Assembly (NCBI GenBank): GCA_963850305.1
Contig: CAWKKR010000004.1
Coordinates: forward strand, 32,001 to 96,000
DNA: 64,000 bases
Direction of reading: 5' to 3'
DNA from: an uncultured delta proteobacterium
GTDB lineage: Bacteria; Myxococcota_A; Polyangia; Polyangiales; Polyangiaceae
A model generated the notes under the pieces. The model made no database searches and was not told the origin of the DNA. It saw only the letters and a program-made list of their open reading frames with translations. The position numbers and the translations under genes were made by a program. Shown here one piece after another: positions 37,204 through 48,329 of the stretch (position 1 is the stretch's first letter; each line of letters starts with the position of its first letter).

Positions 37204-38091
37204 ATGCCGCACCTTCTTGGCCCGGTCGTCGCGTTCGGAGCCTCGGTTTCCTGGGCGTACGCTTCGGTCCGGTACGCTCACGTGTCGCGCGACGCGGGGT
37301 CCGTGCGCATCAACTTCGCACGAGCGGCAACCGCGTTCCCCATCTTCGCGACGATCGTGGCGTGGACGCGCTGGGGGACCTCGTTCGAGGGGGTGACGAC
37401 CACGGGGTGCGCCATTCTCCTGGTCTCGGTGCTCGGGTCGTATGCAATGGCGGACTCGCTCTTCTTCACGGCGGCTCGCCGGATCGGCGTGACCACGGCC
37501 TCCTCGATAGCGTCCCTCTACCCGCTGTGGGCCGCGCTTTACGGCGCGCTCGTCGAAGGCGAGCCGTTCGGCATCGCGCGGGGCATCGGCACCCTGCTCG
37601 CCGTCGGCGGGATCGTCTGGCTCGTACGCCTCGCAGGCGGTGACGATCCCGGGTTTCGCGGCCGTCGCGACATGGGTGGTTTCCTGCTCGCGGGCGTCAC
37701 CTCGTTGCTCTGGGCCGCCAACACGGCGGCGGTGAAGCGCGGCGCCGTCGGCCTCGACATCCCGCAGGTCTCCGCGATCCGGTACGGCATGGCGTTCGTG
37801 CTCCTCTTGCCGCAACTCTACCGGACGCGCGAGTCGACTCTGCGGCTCCGGACCTGGTTCGAGCTGCTTCCGGCACTCCTGGTGGACACGGTCCTCGGTT
37901 CCACCTGCTACGTCTATGGGCTGTCGAACACGGATCTGGCCGTGGGTGCGACGATGACGTCCCTTGCTCCGCTCATCTCCGTCCCGGTCGCGGTGGCCCT
38001 CGGGGAAGAAACCTGGAGCGTGCGACGTCTCGGCGCGATCGCGACGACCGTCGGCGGCATCGTGCTCCTCGTCACCAGCGGTCGGACCTGA
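37204..38091 (+). CDS. DMT/EamA family transporter
   Basis: About 10 TM segments in two EamA-like halves. Confidence 0.85.
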   Translation: MPHLLGPVVAFGASVSWAYASVRYAHVSRDAGSVRINFARAATAFPIFATIVAWTRWGTSFEGVTTTGCAILLVSVLGSYAMADSLFFTAARRIGVTTASSIASLYPLWAALYGALVEGEPFGIARGIGTLLAVGGIVWLVRLAGGDDPGFRGRRDMGGFLLAGVTSLLWAANTAAVKRGAVGLDIPQVSAIRYGMAFVLLLPQLYRTRESTLRLRTWFELLPALLVDTVLGSTCYVYGLSNTDLAVGATMTSLAPLISVPVAVALGEETWSVRRLGAIATTVGGIVLLVTSGRT

Positions 38092-38092
38092 G

Positions 38093-38599
38093 TCAGTCGG
38101 AGGGCGCCTTCGCGCCGACGCGTTCCTCGATGGCACGGCGAAGCGGGGGGAACAGGTTCCGCTGGAGCGCGGCCTCCGGGGATACCCAGGACGCCTCGAT
38201 GACCTCGCGATGATCGATGTGAATGTCGGGGCGCGACGGGATGTCGAGGGTGAAGATCTCGACGTGATCGTGCTTGCCCTCCCACTCGTGAGTCACGTCG
38301 ACGGCCAGCGTCAAGGCATCGGGCGCCACGGCGAGCCCGATTTCTTCGCGCAGCTCGCGGATCGCCGCTTCCCGGCTCGCCTCCGCGGACTGAACGTAAC
38401 CGCCCGGCAGACTATAATAGGGAACATAGGAGTTACGGACGATCAGCACCTCCCCTTGGTTCCAGAGAGCCACGAGGGCACCGTGTGTCGTCGGGCGACG
38501 CATTCGCCAGTACGTTCGCATGAGCTGATACGCGCATGCGTACGCGACTTGAAAGCCACGATCGAGCACCGTCGGGTGCGCCCCGCCATCTTTGGCCAT
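38093..38599 (-). CDS. NUDIX hydrolase
   Basis: LPGGYVQSAEASREAAIRELREEIG Nudix box. Confidence 0.88.
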   Translation of the reverse strand: MAKDGGAHPTVLDRGFQVAYACAYQLMRTYWRMRRPTTHGALVALWNQGEVLIVRNSYVPYYSLPGGYVQSAEASREAAIRELREEIGLAVAPDALTLAVDVTHEWEGKHDHVEIFTLDIPSRPDIHIDHREVIEASWVSPEAALQRNLFPPLRRAIEERVGAKAPSD

Positions 38600-38721
38600 C
38601 GAACGGCGACTCTACTCCCAGTCGCAGCCCTCCCGCCAAAAAGGACGGCGCCCCCGCAATCGAACGACCGTCCGAACGAGGCCCGTAGCAGCGTCGGTTC
38701 GAGCATGGTATCGGCCGCGAT

Positions 38722-40071
38722 ATGAGCCGCATTTACCGCTCGCTTCCGCCGGAGGGGACTCGACTCGGCATCGCCTTTTCGGGGGGTCTGGACACCCGCT
38801 GCGCGGTCGCGTGGCTATCGCGACAGGGTATGCAAGTGTACGCTTATACGGCGGATCTGGCGCAGCCTGACGAGAGGGATCCAGCCGCGATTCCGCCCAT
38901 CGCACTCGCCCACGGCGCGGCCCACGCGCGGCTCGTCGATTGTCGCGAAACCCTGTCTCGCGAAGGGATCATCGCCATCCAGTGTGGGGCGTTCCACCTG
39001 TCCACCGGCGGAAAAAAGTACTTCAACACGACGCCGCTCGGGCGAGCCGTGACCGCGACGTCGATCATCCGGGCGATGCGGGAAGACGGGGTCGACGTCT
39101 TCGGCGACGGAAGTACCCACAAGGGCAACGACATCCAGCGCTTCTATCGATACGGGATCCTCACGAACCCGGCGCTCCGTATCTACAAGCCGTGGCTCGA
39201 CCAGAAATTCGTCGACGCTTTCGGCGGCAGAAAAGAGATGAGCGAGTACCTCGAGAGCGTGAAGCTCCCCTACACGATGTCGAAGGAAAAGGCGTACAGC
39301 ACGGACGCGAACGTGCTGGGCGCCACGCACGAGGCCAAGGACCTCGAGCACCTCGACCGGGGCCTACACCTCGTCGAACCGATCATGGGGGTTTCGCACT
39401 GGAAGAAGGGCGTCGATGTCGCGCCCGAGACCGTCGCCGTCGAATTTGCCGGCGGACTCCCGGTGGCCGTCGGCGGGAAGCGCTGCGCGTCTCTCATCGA
39501 CGTGATGCTCGAGGCGAACCGGATCGGGGGCCGTCACGGCCTCGGCATGAGCGATCAGATCGAGAACCGCGTGATCGACGCGAAGAGCCGCGGCATCTAC
39601 GAGGCTCCCGGCATGGCGCTCTTGCACGTCGCCTACGAGCGACTCCTGTCCGCGATCCACAATGAAAACACCCTTGACCTCTACTTCTCCCTGGGACGCC
39701 GTCTCGGGCGGTTCCTCTACGAGGGCAAATGGTTCGACGCGGAGGCGATGCTGCTGAAGGACGCGCTCACCCGCTGGGTCGCGCCGAGCGTGACGGGCAC
39801 CGTGACGCTCGAACTCCGTCGGGGCGACGACTATTCGATCCTGGATACCAGGGCAGAGCACATGGCGTACGCCCCTGAAAAGCTCTCCATGGAGCGAGTG
39901 GAAGACGCCGCCTTCTCGCCCGGCGATCGCATCGGCGCTCTCGAAATGCAAAATCTGTCGATCACCGACAACCGCGCGTTCCTGCTTCACCACCTCGACG
40001 CCATGTCGCGTCTCGGCGGCGGCGCAAACGACTTGCCGGAGTTGCTTGGAACCGAAAAGAAGAAGAGCTGA
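38722..40071 (+). CDS. argG: Argininosuccinate synthase (long, E. coli-type)
   Basis: [50 protein letters not shown]. Confidence 0.96.
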   Translation: MSRIYRSLPPEGTRLGIAFSGGLDTRCAVAWLSRQGMQVYAYTADLAQPDERDPAAIPPIALAHGAAHARLVDCRETLSREGIIAIQCGAFHLSTGGKKYFNTTPLGRAVTATSIIRAMREDGVDVFGDGSTHKGNDIQRFYRYGILTNPALRIYKPWLDQKFVDAFGGRKEMSEYLESVKLPYTMSKEKAYSTDANVLGATHEAKDLEHLDRGLHLVEPIMGVSHWKKGVDVAPETVAVEFAGGLPVAVGGKRCASLIDVMLEANRIGGRHGLGMSDQIENRVIDAKSRGIYEAPGMALLHVAYERLLSAIHNENTLDLYFSLGRRLGRFLYEGKWFDAEAMLLKDALTRWVAPSVTGTVTLELRRGDDYSILDTRAEHMAYAPEKLSMERVEDAAFSPGDRIGALEMQNLSITDNRAFLLHHLDAMSRLGGGANDLPELLGTEKKKS

Positions 40072-40950
40072 TCACCTTCGGCTGAAGAACACTTCACGTC
40101 CGCCGAGCGCGGCCCCCGCGACCAGGCCGCCCAGATGGGCGAAGTTCGCAACCGGACCCAGCGTGCCGGTGAACCCGAGGACCAGCCACACCATCAGCAC
40201 GATAACCGTCGAGCCGCGCAGGGCGAAGCCCAGCGTGCCGTCGAAGCGCCCCCGGACCCAGACGTAGCCGAAGAGCGCGTAGAGAACGCCGGACATGCCG
40301 CCGAAGGCCGGACTTCCGGTGACGACGTATTGAGTGATGTTCGAAAGAATCGCCGATACGAGAACGATGACGGAGTAGTGAGTCGCGCCGATCCGGCGCT
40401 CCAGGATGGTGCCCAGATCGAGCAGCATCCACATGTTGAAGAGGATGTGGAGGAGCCCAAAATGAAGAAAGATGGGCGTGACGAGCCGCCACACCTCACC
40501 TCGTTCCACGCGCAGAAACAGGTGTTGCCCCTCGCCGGTGCCGATCGACAGGGCGTTGATGACGGCTTCCCCGGGCCCCAATGAAATGGACAGGGTGACG
40601 AGGACGCTCACCACGAGCAGAAAGAGCGTCACGGTCGGCGGACCCGATCGCGCCCCGGCCCACCGGCGCCGCACGTCGATAACCTCGTGGCGCGACGGGC
40701 GCTGGCGAGCTTGGAGTCTCTGCTTCCGCTCGAGGCACCCGGCGGCGGCGAGGTGATCGGGCGCGTCGGGCACGGCATCGAACGCCGCCCACGCGGCGCG
40801 TGAGGCCTCCACGTCGCGCTCGTCGAGGACCCAGACGCCGTAGCTCCCCGAACGTCCCCGCGAGATCTCGGTCTCGATCTCTCGAGAACACAGCACGTCC
40901 GCGAACGACCTGGCCGTCCGCTCGTCGTCGAAGGTCGCGATTTCGCGCAT
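40072..40950 (-). CDS. glpG: Rhomboid intramembrane serine protease (GlpG-like)
   Basis: WRLVTPIFLH, HILFN, GMSG, AHLGG. Confidence 0.88.
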   Translation of the reverse strand: MREIATFDDERTARSFADVLCSREIETEISRGRSGSYGVWVLDERDVEASRAAWAAFDAVPDAPDHLAAAGCLERKQRLQARQRPSRHEVIDVRRRWAGARSGPPTVTLFLLVVSVLVTLSISLGPGEAVINALSIGTGEGQHLFLRVERGEVWRLVTPIFLHFGLLHILFNMWMLLDLGTILERRIGATHYSVIVLVSAILSNITQYVVTGSPAFGGMSGVLYALFGYVWVRGRFDGTLGFALRGSTVIVLMVWLVLGFTGTLGPVANFAHLGGLVAGAALGGREVFFSRR

Positions 40951-41134
40951 CAGGAGAGCCGTCTATAGCGCCACTTCGGAGTCCGGAGGACCCCTTTACC
41001 ACGGGCAGAGAGCCGACCGCTCGTCGCGGCGCCGCCAGGCGAGAGAGCCGATCGGTCCTTGCACCGCCGCTCCGCGACGGAAATCGTGATATTCGTTTGC
41101 ACGACATCCCGTCGTCAGGGACGCTCGGCGCGCC

Positions 41135-44100
41135 ATGGAGATCATCCGCGGGTCCCTCGCTCTCTCGCCTTCCGGACTCGCGAAGCGGCTCGTGGCGATC
41201 CGCGAAAGGAACCCCGGCGTCACGGAGCTCTTCGCGGAGTACGCGCATTTCGTGGACTCGTCCAGGGCGCTGTCCGCACCGGCGCGCGCGACGCTGGAGC
41301 GCTTGCTCGATTATGGCCGGAGGCCGGCCCGTGAAGCGCGCCCCGAGCGGACGCTCGTCGTCGTTCCGCGTCTCGGCACGATTTCCCCGTGGGCGTCGAA
41401 GGCCACCGACATCGCTCGTTCATGCGGGCTCACGGAGATCGCCCGTATCGAGCGCGGCGTCGTCTACGGCATCTCGGGCAGCGTCGCGGACGAGCGCGCG
41501 CTCCGCCTCGCGCTTCACGACCGGATGACGGAGTCGGTCCTCGACGAACTCGATGCCGCGTCAGCCCTCTTCGCCCGCGAGGAGCCACGACCGCTCCGTT
41601 CCATCGCCTTGCTCCGCGAGGGGCGTCAGGCAATCGAGCACGCGAACGCGGCGCTCGGCCTCGCGCTCGCTCCGGACGAGATCGACTATCTCGATGCCGC
41701 ATTCCGCAGTCTCGGCCGGAACCCGACCGACGTCGAGCTGATGATGTTCGCGCAGGCCAACAGCGAACACTGCCGCCACAAGATCTTCAACGCGACGTAC
41801 GAGCTCGACGGCGTGCGAGCGCCGTCGTCGCTGTTCCAGATGATCCGCAAGAGTACGGCGGCGAGCCCTCACGGCGTGCTCTCGGCTTACAGCGACAACG
41901 CGGCCGTCGCCGAGGGCCCCGTCGCGCGGCGGTTCTTTCCCGATCCGGAAAGCCACGTCTACGGCGCGCGCGAAGAGCCGGTGCACCTGCTGATGAAGGT
42001 GGAGACGCACAACCACCCGACCGCGATTTCTCCGCACGCGGGCGCGTCCACGGGCGCGGGCGGTGAAATCAGGGACGAAGGCGCGACGGGTCGCGGCGGC
42101 AAGCCGAAGGCAGGCCTCACTGGGTTCAGCGTGTCCGACCTTCGAATACCGGGAAGCGCGCGGCCATGGGAACGGCCCGACGCTGCGAAGCCCGCTCGCC
42201 TCTCGTCAGCGCTCGAGATCATGCTCGACGGTCCGCTCGGAGGCGCGGCGTTCAACAACGAATTCGGACGTCCCAACCTCGCCGGATACTTTCGAACCCT
42301 CGAGCTCGTCGCGAACGGCCCCGCGGGGCTCGAAGTCCGCGGCTATCACAAGCCCATCATGATCGCCGGTGGCTACGGCAACATCCGCGCCGACCACGTC
42401 CAGAAGCACGGATTCCCGCCGGGCGCGCCGATCGTCGTGCTCGGCGGACCGGCGATGCTCATCGGGCTCGGCGGCGGGGCCGCCTCGTCGGTCGCCGCGG
42501 GCGCGTCCGAGGAGGACCTGGATTTCGCATCCGTGCAGCGCGACAACGCGGAAATGCAGCGTCGATGTCAGGAAGTCATCGACGCGTGCTGGGCGCTCGG
42601 TGAGCACAATCCGATCGCGTCGATCCACGACGTGGGCGCAGGCGGGCTCTCGAACGCCCTGCCCGAGCTCGTCAACGACGCCGGACGCGGCGCGCGGTTC
42701 GAGCTACGCGCGGTGCCGAGCGACGAACCCGGCATGTCGCCGCTGGAGCTCTGGTGCAACGAATCGCAGGAACGCTACGTGCTCGCCCTCGATCCAGAAG
42801 GCGTCGAACGGTTCAGCGCCTTCTGCGCGCGCGAGCGCTGCCCGTACGCCATCGTCGGGAGCGCGACGGCCGACGGCCAGCTCGTGGTTCACGACGCGCG
42901 CTTCCGCGATCGGCCGATCGACATGCCGCTCTCGGTGCTCCTCGGGAAGCCGCCGCGGATGCACCGCCGCGCCGAGCGGGGCGCCTTCACGCCGAAGCCC
43001 TTCGACACGAAACACGTCGAGCTCCGGGACGCCATCTTTCGCCTGCTCCACTTGCCCGCGATCGCCGACAAGACGTTCCTGGTAACCATCGGCGATCGAA
43101 GTGTCACCGGGCTCGTCGTGCGCGATCAAATGGTCGGGCCGTGGCAGGTTCCGGTCGCCGACGCGGCCGTCACGGCCACCACTTACGAGGGGTTCACCGG
43201 AGAGGCCATGGCCATCGGCGAACGCCCCGCCCTCGCACTCCTCGACGCGGCGGCGTCGGCGCGAATGGCCGTCGCGGAGGCGATCACGAACCTAGCCTCC
43301 GCGCCGATACGCGCGCTCCCGGACGTGAAGCTTTCGGCAAACTGGATGGCCGCAGCCGGCCACCCCGGAGAAGATGCGCGTCTCTACGACGCCGTGCGCG
43401 CCGTCGGCGAAGAGCTCTGTCCCGCGCTCGGCATCGCGATCCCCGTCGGCAAGGACTCGATGTCGATGCGCACGGTATGGGAAGAAAACGGCGAGCGCCA
43501 CAGCGTCACTGCGCCTCTGTCGGTCATCGTGACCGCGTTCGCCACCGTCCCGGACGTCCGCCAATCGCTGACCCCCGAGCTTCGACGGGACGCGGGCGAA
43601 ACCGTGCTTCTCCTGGTCGACCTCGGACGCGGAAAGAACCGACTCGGTGGCTCGTCCCTGGCGCAGGTCTTCGGCGAGGTCGGCACCGACCCGCCGGATC
43701 TCGACGATCCGGAGCTCCTGAAGGGGTTTGTTGGTGCAGCTCAGGAACTCCGCGAACACGCGCGCGTCCTTTCGTACCACGACCGCTCCGACGGCGGACT
43801 CTTCGTGACCCTGCTCGAGATGGCCTTTGCGGGAGGAACCGGCGTCGTGATGGATCTGTCCGCGCTCGATGGGGACACGTTTGCCGCGCTGTTCGCCGAA
43901 GAACTCGGCGCGGTGATTCAGGTTCGCGCCTCGGACGAGGACGGCGTGCGCGCCACGTTCGCAAAGTGGAACCTTGGCGAGTACGTGCACCGCGTCGGAG
44001 CGCCGGCCGCGGACGACCGCATCACGGTGCGCCGAGACGGTCGCGTCTCGTTCGAGGAGTCGCGCGTCACGCTACGCGCCGCCTGGTCCGACACGACGTA

Positions 44101-45019
44101 CCGCATGCAGACCCTGCGAGACCATCCGGCCTCTGCGGAAGAAGAGCACGCGCTTCGCCAGGACACGTCGGATCCGGGACTTTCTGCCGTCGCGTCCTTC
44201 GACCCCGATGACGACATCGCCGCGCCCTTCATCCTTCGCGGCACGCGTCCCCGGGTAGCCATCTTGCGCGAGCAAGGCGTGAACGGACACGTCGAGATGG
44301 CCGCCGCGTTCGACCGCGCCGGGTTCGAGTCGGTGGACGTTCACATGAGCGACCTCGCGGACGGTCGCACGTCGCTCTCCGGCTTTCGCGGCCTCGCGGC
44401 GTGCGGCGGCTTCTCCTATGGCGACGTGCTCGGCGCCGGCGAGGGCTGGGCGAAGTCGATTCTCTTCAACACCCGAACTCGCGACGAGTTCGAGCGGTTC
44501 TTCGCGCGGAGCGACACGTTCAGTCTCGGCGTGTGCAACGGCTGTCAGATGCTCTCGAACCTGAAAGAGCTCATCCCCGGTTCCGACCACTGGCCGAGGT
44601 TCGTCCGGAATCGCTCGGAGCGGTTCGAGGCGCGGCTCTGCCTCGTCGGGATCGAAGAGTCGCCGTCCGTCTTGTTCCGCGGCATGGCCGGCAGCCGCCT
44701 CCCCATCGTCGTCGCGCACGGAGAGGGCTACGCCGACTTCGCGAGCGACACGGATCGCGTCGCGCTCGAGCGCTCGGGCCGCGTCGTCGCACGCTTCGTC
44801 GACCATCTCGGCGCGCCCACGACACACTACCCCGAAAACCCGAACGGTTCACCCGCCGGCGTCACGGCCCTCACGACCTCCGATGGCCGCACGACGCTCC
44901 TCATGCCTCACCCCGAGCGCGTGCTCCGCGCCATCCAATACTCCTGGCGACCACCCGAGTGGACGGGCGACGGCCCGTTTCTCAGATTGTTCCGCAATGC
45001 GCGCGTCTGGGTCGGGTGA
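41135..45019 (+). CDS. purL: Phosphoribosylformylglycinamidine synthase (large PurL)
   Basis: [55 protein letters not shown]. Confidence 0.97.
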   Translation: MEIIRGSLALSPSGLAKRLVAIRERNPGVTELFAEYAHFVDSSRALSAPARATLERLLDYGRRPAREARPERTLVVVPRLGTISPWASKATDIARSCGLTEIARIERGVVYGISGSVADERALRLALHDRMTESVLDELDAASALFAREEPRPLRSIALLREGRQAIEHANAALGLALAPDEIDYLDAAFRSLGRNPTDVELMMFAQANSEHCRHKIFNATYELDGVRAPSSLFQMIRKSTAASPHGVLSAYSDNAAVAEGPVARRFFPDPESHVYGAREEPVHLLMKVETHNHPTAISPHAGASTGAGGEIRDEGATGRGGKPKAGLTGFSVSDLRIPGSARPWERPDAAKPARLSSALEIMLDGPLGGAAFNNEFGRPNLAGYFRTLELVANGPAGLEVRGYHKPIMIAGGYGNIRADHVQKHGFPPGAPIVVLGGPAMLIGLGGGAASSVAAGASEEDLDFASVQRDNAEMQRRCQEVIDACWALGEHNPIASIHDVGAGGLSNALPELVNDAGRGARFELRAVPSDEPGMSPLELWCNESQERYVLALDPEGVERFSAFCARERCPYAIVGSATADGQLVVHDARFRDRPIDMPLSVLLGKPPRMHRRAERGAFTPKPFDTKHVELRDAIFRLLHLPAIADKTFLVTIGDRSVTGLVVRDQMVGPWQVPVADAAVTATTYEGFTGEAMAIGERPALALLDAAASARMAVAEAITNLASAPIRALPDVKLSANWMAAAGHPGEDARLYDAVRAVGEELCPALGIAIPVGKDSMSMRTVWEENGERHSVTAPLSVIVTAFATVPDVRQSLTPELRRDAGETVLLLVDLGRGKNRLGGSSLAQVFGEVGTDPPDLDDPELLKGFVGAAQELREHARVLSYHDRSDGGLFVTLLEMAFAGGTGVVMDLSALDGDTFAALFAEELGAVIQVRASDEDGVRATFAKWNLGEYVHRVGAPAADDRITVRRDGRVSFEESRVTLRAAWSDTTYRMQTLRDHPASAEEEHALRQDTSDPGLSAVASFDPDDDIAAPFILRGTRPRVAILREQGVNGHVEMAAAFDRAGFESVDVHMSDLADGRTSLSGFRGLAACGGFSYGDVLGAGEGWAKSILFNTRTRDEFERFFARSDTFSLGVCNGCQMLSNLKELIPGSDHWPRFVRNRSERFEARLCLVGIEESPSVLFRGMAGSRLPIVVAHGEGYADFASDTDRVALERSGRVVARFVDHLGAPTTHYPENPNGSPAGVTALTTSDGRTTLLMPHPERVLRAIQYSWRPPEWTGDGPFLRLFRNARVWVG

Positions 45020-45041
45020 AGGAAGACGTCACGACCCGAAC

Positions 45042-45314
45042 GTAACGCTCGCGCTGCTTCTCACGGAAGCGATCGAACCGACGACGCACCGCGGAGTCCT
45101 GTCGCAGCTCAGCCTCGAGTTCATCAAGCCCGGGAAGGTTCCCGCGGAGCTCGGCGCGACGTTTCGCCGGCTCCAACGGTTCCGCGAAGCGGCGGACTAC
45201 ACCCGGACGTTCACCGTGCCGGAAGGAGACGCACGACGCGAAGCCGCAACGGCGAAGGACTACATCGCGACGGTGCAATCGCTTCTCGACGGGTGGCGGG
45301 CGGCGCAGCAGTAA
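45042..45314 (+). pseudogene. HEPN-domain protein lacking its N-terminus
   Basis: ALLL...PTTHRGV...F...REAADY; no start codon after the purL stop. Confidence 0.6.
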
Positions 45315-45611
45315 CCACGGCGCCTCGCGCGTGAACGCGCAGGCGTGGGGTGTCGACTTCAACCTGTCATCCGAGCGGATCCAGTCCTTGCAAGCGCCCG
45401 TCGGGGCCAGCACCGTTCGGCACGAGCACTGGCCTCGATCATCACTCGATGTCCCTTGGCCTCCCGGCCCGAGCCGCGCCGGCCCGGTGGTTCACGCGAG
45501 AACCCTCTGCGCGTCACGTGTCGGCGCGGTGAGGTCGCGCGAACCGCGAGCGATCGGCCGGCTTTCCGGTTGGGTCTGGGTCAGGGTAGCGGCGGCACGA
45601 GGCGCTCGCCA

Positions 45612-48292
45612 ATGAACGAAACGGTCGTGATCGTCGATGACAGCGTGACGGTTCGAATGGACCTCACTGGGCCTTCGAGTCCGCCGGCTTCCGAGCAGTG
45701 CCGTGCGCAACCGGTCGAGCCGCTAGAGAGGCCTTGGCGCGCGGGAACGTGAGTCAATTGATTCTCGACATGGTTTTACCAGACATCGACGGCGTCGATC
45801 TTCTGAAAGAGGTTCGCTCCAATCCCGCAACGATGGGCATGCCGATCGTGGTGCTCTCGACCGAGGCGGAGGTGAGAGACCGGATCCGCGGTCTCGAGAC
45901 CGGTGCGGATGACTACGTGGGCAAACCCTACGACACCGGCTACGTCGTGGCGCGCACCCGAGAGCTCGTCCGGCGTCGCGCCGAGCCGGCGGCCGAGCCG
46001 GCGGTCGTTCTCGTGATCGACGACAGCCCGACGTTCCGCGAGGTTCTCCGCGGCGCCGTCGAGCGAGCCGGATACCGCGTCATCATGGCCTCGACAGGGG
46101 AAGAAGGGCTACGTATAGCCGCCACGCAGAAGCCCGCTGCAGTCATCGTCGACAGCGGAATGCCCGGGATCGACGGCGCCACGGTGATCCGGAAGATACG
46201 CCTGGATGCCGCGTTGCGGGGCACGCCGTGCTTGCTCCTGACGGCCACCGAGGGTGACGGCGCCGAGCTGCGTGCGCTCGACGCGGGAGCCGACGCGTTC
46301 GTGCGCAAAGAGGGGGACGTCGAGATCGTCCTGGCCCGCCTCGCGGCGGTGCTGCGGAGGGCCCAGCCGGATCCGACGAACGTTCCGAGTCTCGGAGGGC
46401 CAAAACGCATCCTCGTGGTCGATGACAGGAGCACTTATCGCGAAGCGATGGCGTCCTTGCTGCGAGGCGATGGGTGTGACGTCGTGCTCGCTCGGTCCGC
46501 CGAGGAGGGACTCGAAATGCTCGCGGCCCAAACGGTCGATTGCGTCCTGCTCGACGTCATCATGCCCGGTCTCGGCGGAAAAGAAGCCTGCCGACGCATC
46601 AAGGCCACGCCCGGTCTGCGCAACATCCCGGTCATAATGGTCACGTCGCTCGAGGATCGAGCGGCGGCCATAGACGGCCTTGCGATGGGCGCCGACGACT
46701 TCATCTTCAAGACGAACGACGACAACGTGATCAAAGCTCACGTCGGGGCGCAGCTGCGGCGGAAGCAGTTCGAGGACGAGAATCGACGCATTCGAGAGGA
46801 GCTTCTGCGGAGCGAACTCCAGGTGTCCGCGGAGCGCGCGGCCCGAATGCTCGCCGAGGCGAGTGGTCACTTGACGGAAGAGCTGGAGCGCAAGAACCAG
46901 GAGCTCGAGGCCTCCACCCGCGCCGCCGAGCTGACCGCCGCGCGCCTCGAGAGCGCCGTCGAAAGCATCCAGGACGCGATTGCGCTCTTCGATGCCCGTG
47001 ACCGTCTGGTCCTTTGCAACGGCGTGTATCGCCGCCTCATCGGGGACGCCGTGCGCGGCTCGATCGTCGGGATGCAGTATGAGAGCTTGCTCGACGCGTG
47101 GATTGGCGGGATCGCCTTCCAGAGCGAGGACGAGCGAACGCGCTACCGCGCGGAGCGCCTGGCCTTTTGGCATCGTGACGAGACGTCGGCTTTCGACCTG
47201 CGCATGCGCGACGGGCGTAGCCTGCGCGTGGTCGATCGACGGACCGCGGAGGGCGGCGTCGTCACGACAATCTGGGATCTCACCGACGACGTGCGGCTCG
47301 CCGAGGAGCTGCGGCGGGCGCGTGAGATGGCCGAAGCGGCGAGTAACGCCAAGAGCGAATTCCTCTCCGCGATGAGCCACGAGCTTCGAACACCGCTCAA
47401 CGCGACCCTCGGATTTGCCCAGCTCCTCCGCGCGGACAAGAAAGAACCCGCCTCGAACCGACAGAAGGAGGAACGCCTCGACCATATCTTGAAAGGCGGA
47501 AAGCACCTGTTGCGCCTGATCGATGACATCCTCGATCTGGCGCGCATCGAGGCGCGAGGCGTGTCCATCTCGAGCGAACCGGTGAGCCTGGACGATGTCC
47601 TCGGCGAGGTGAGAGCGACGCTCGAACCCATGGCCGAGGCACACGGGATTCGAGTCGAGAAGGACCTACTGCCCATCGGAGTCCATAGCGTCCAGGTGGA
47701 CCGGACGAGGTTCATCCAGATCCTGATGAATCTCGGCTCGAACGCAATCAAGTACAACCGTCCCGAAGGGCTCGTGACGTTCGCCGTATCGATGCTGACG
47801 CGAAAACTCGTCCGCGTTGCCGTGCGCGATACCGGCATGGGGATCCCTCTCGAGAGGCAGAGCGACCTTTTCAAGCCCTTTCATCGCGCAAGGCAGGAAA
47901 TGGGTCCGATCGAGGGAACCGGCATAGGACTCGTCATCACGAAGCAACTGGCGCGGTTGATGGACGGTGACGTCGGCTTCCAAAGCATTTCCGGGCAGGG
48001 TTCGGAGTTCTGGGGACGGCAGAGCTGGGGATCCAGCTCGCGGTCGAGCGAAAGCCGCACGTGATCATCATGGATCTCGAATCTGCCGGGCATGAGCGGC
48101 CTCGATGCGGCACGGACGCTCCGAGGTCTCGCGGAAACGAAGGACACGCCGGTCATCGCGTTGACCGCGGCTGCATTCTCGAATGACCGAACGCAAGGTC
48201 TCGCGGCTGGCTTCTACCGCTACCTCACGAAACCCGTGAACGTGGACGAACTCGTGAGCACCCTCGAAACGGCACTCGCGGCACGGCCTTGA
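45612..48292 (+). pseudogene. Hybrid histidine kinase (3 REC + PAS + HisKA + HATPase + REC), disrupted
   Basis: Three receiver domains, MSHELRTPLN, NAIKY, DTGMGI, GTGIGL; frameshift near 45670, deletion after GSEFW (about 48013) and frameshift near 48078. Confidence 0.8.
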
Positions 48293-48329
48293 CGGCTTCG
48301 AGCCCACGCTGGAGATGCGTCGGCCCGGT

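Noticed and set aside
45331..45615. 94-aa ORF overlapping the kinase start, considered as a CheB tail
   Set aside because: No convincing motif
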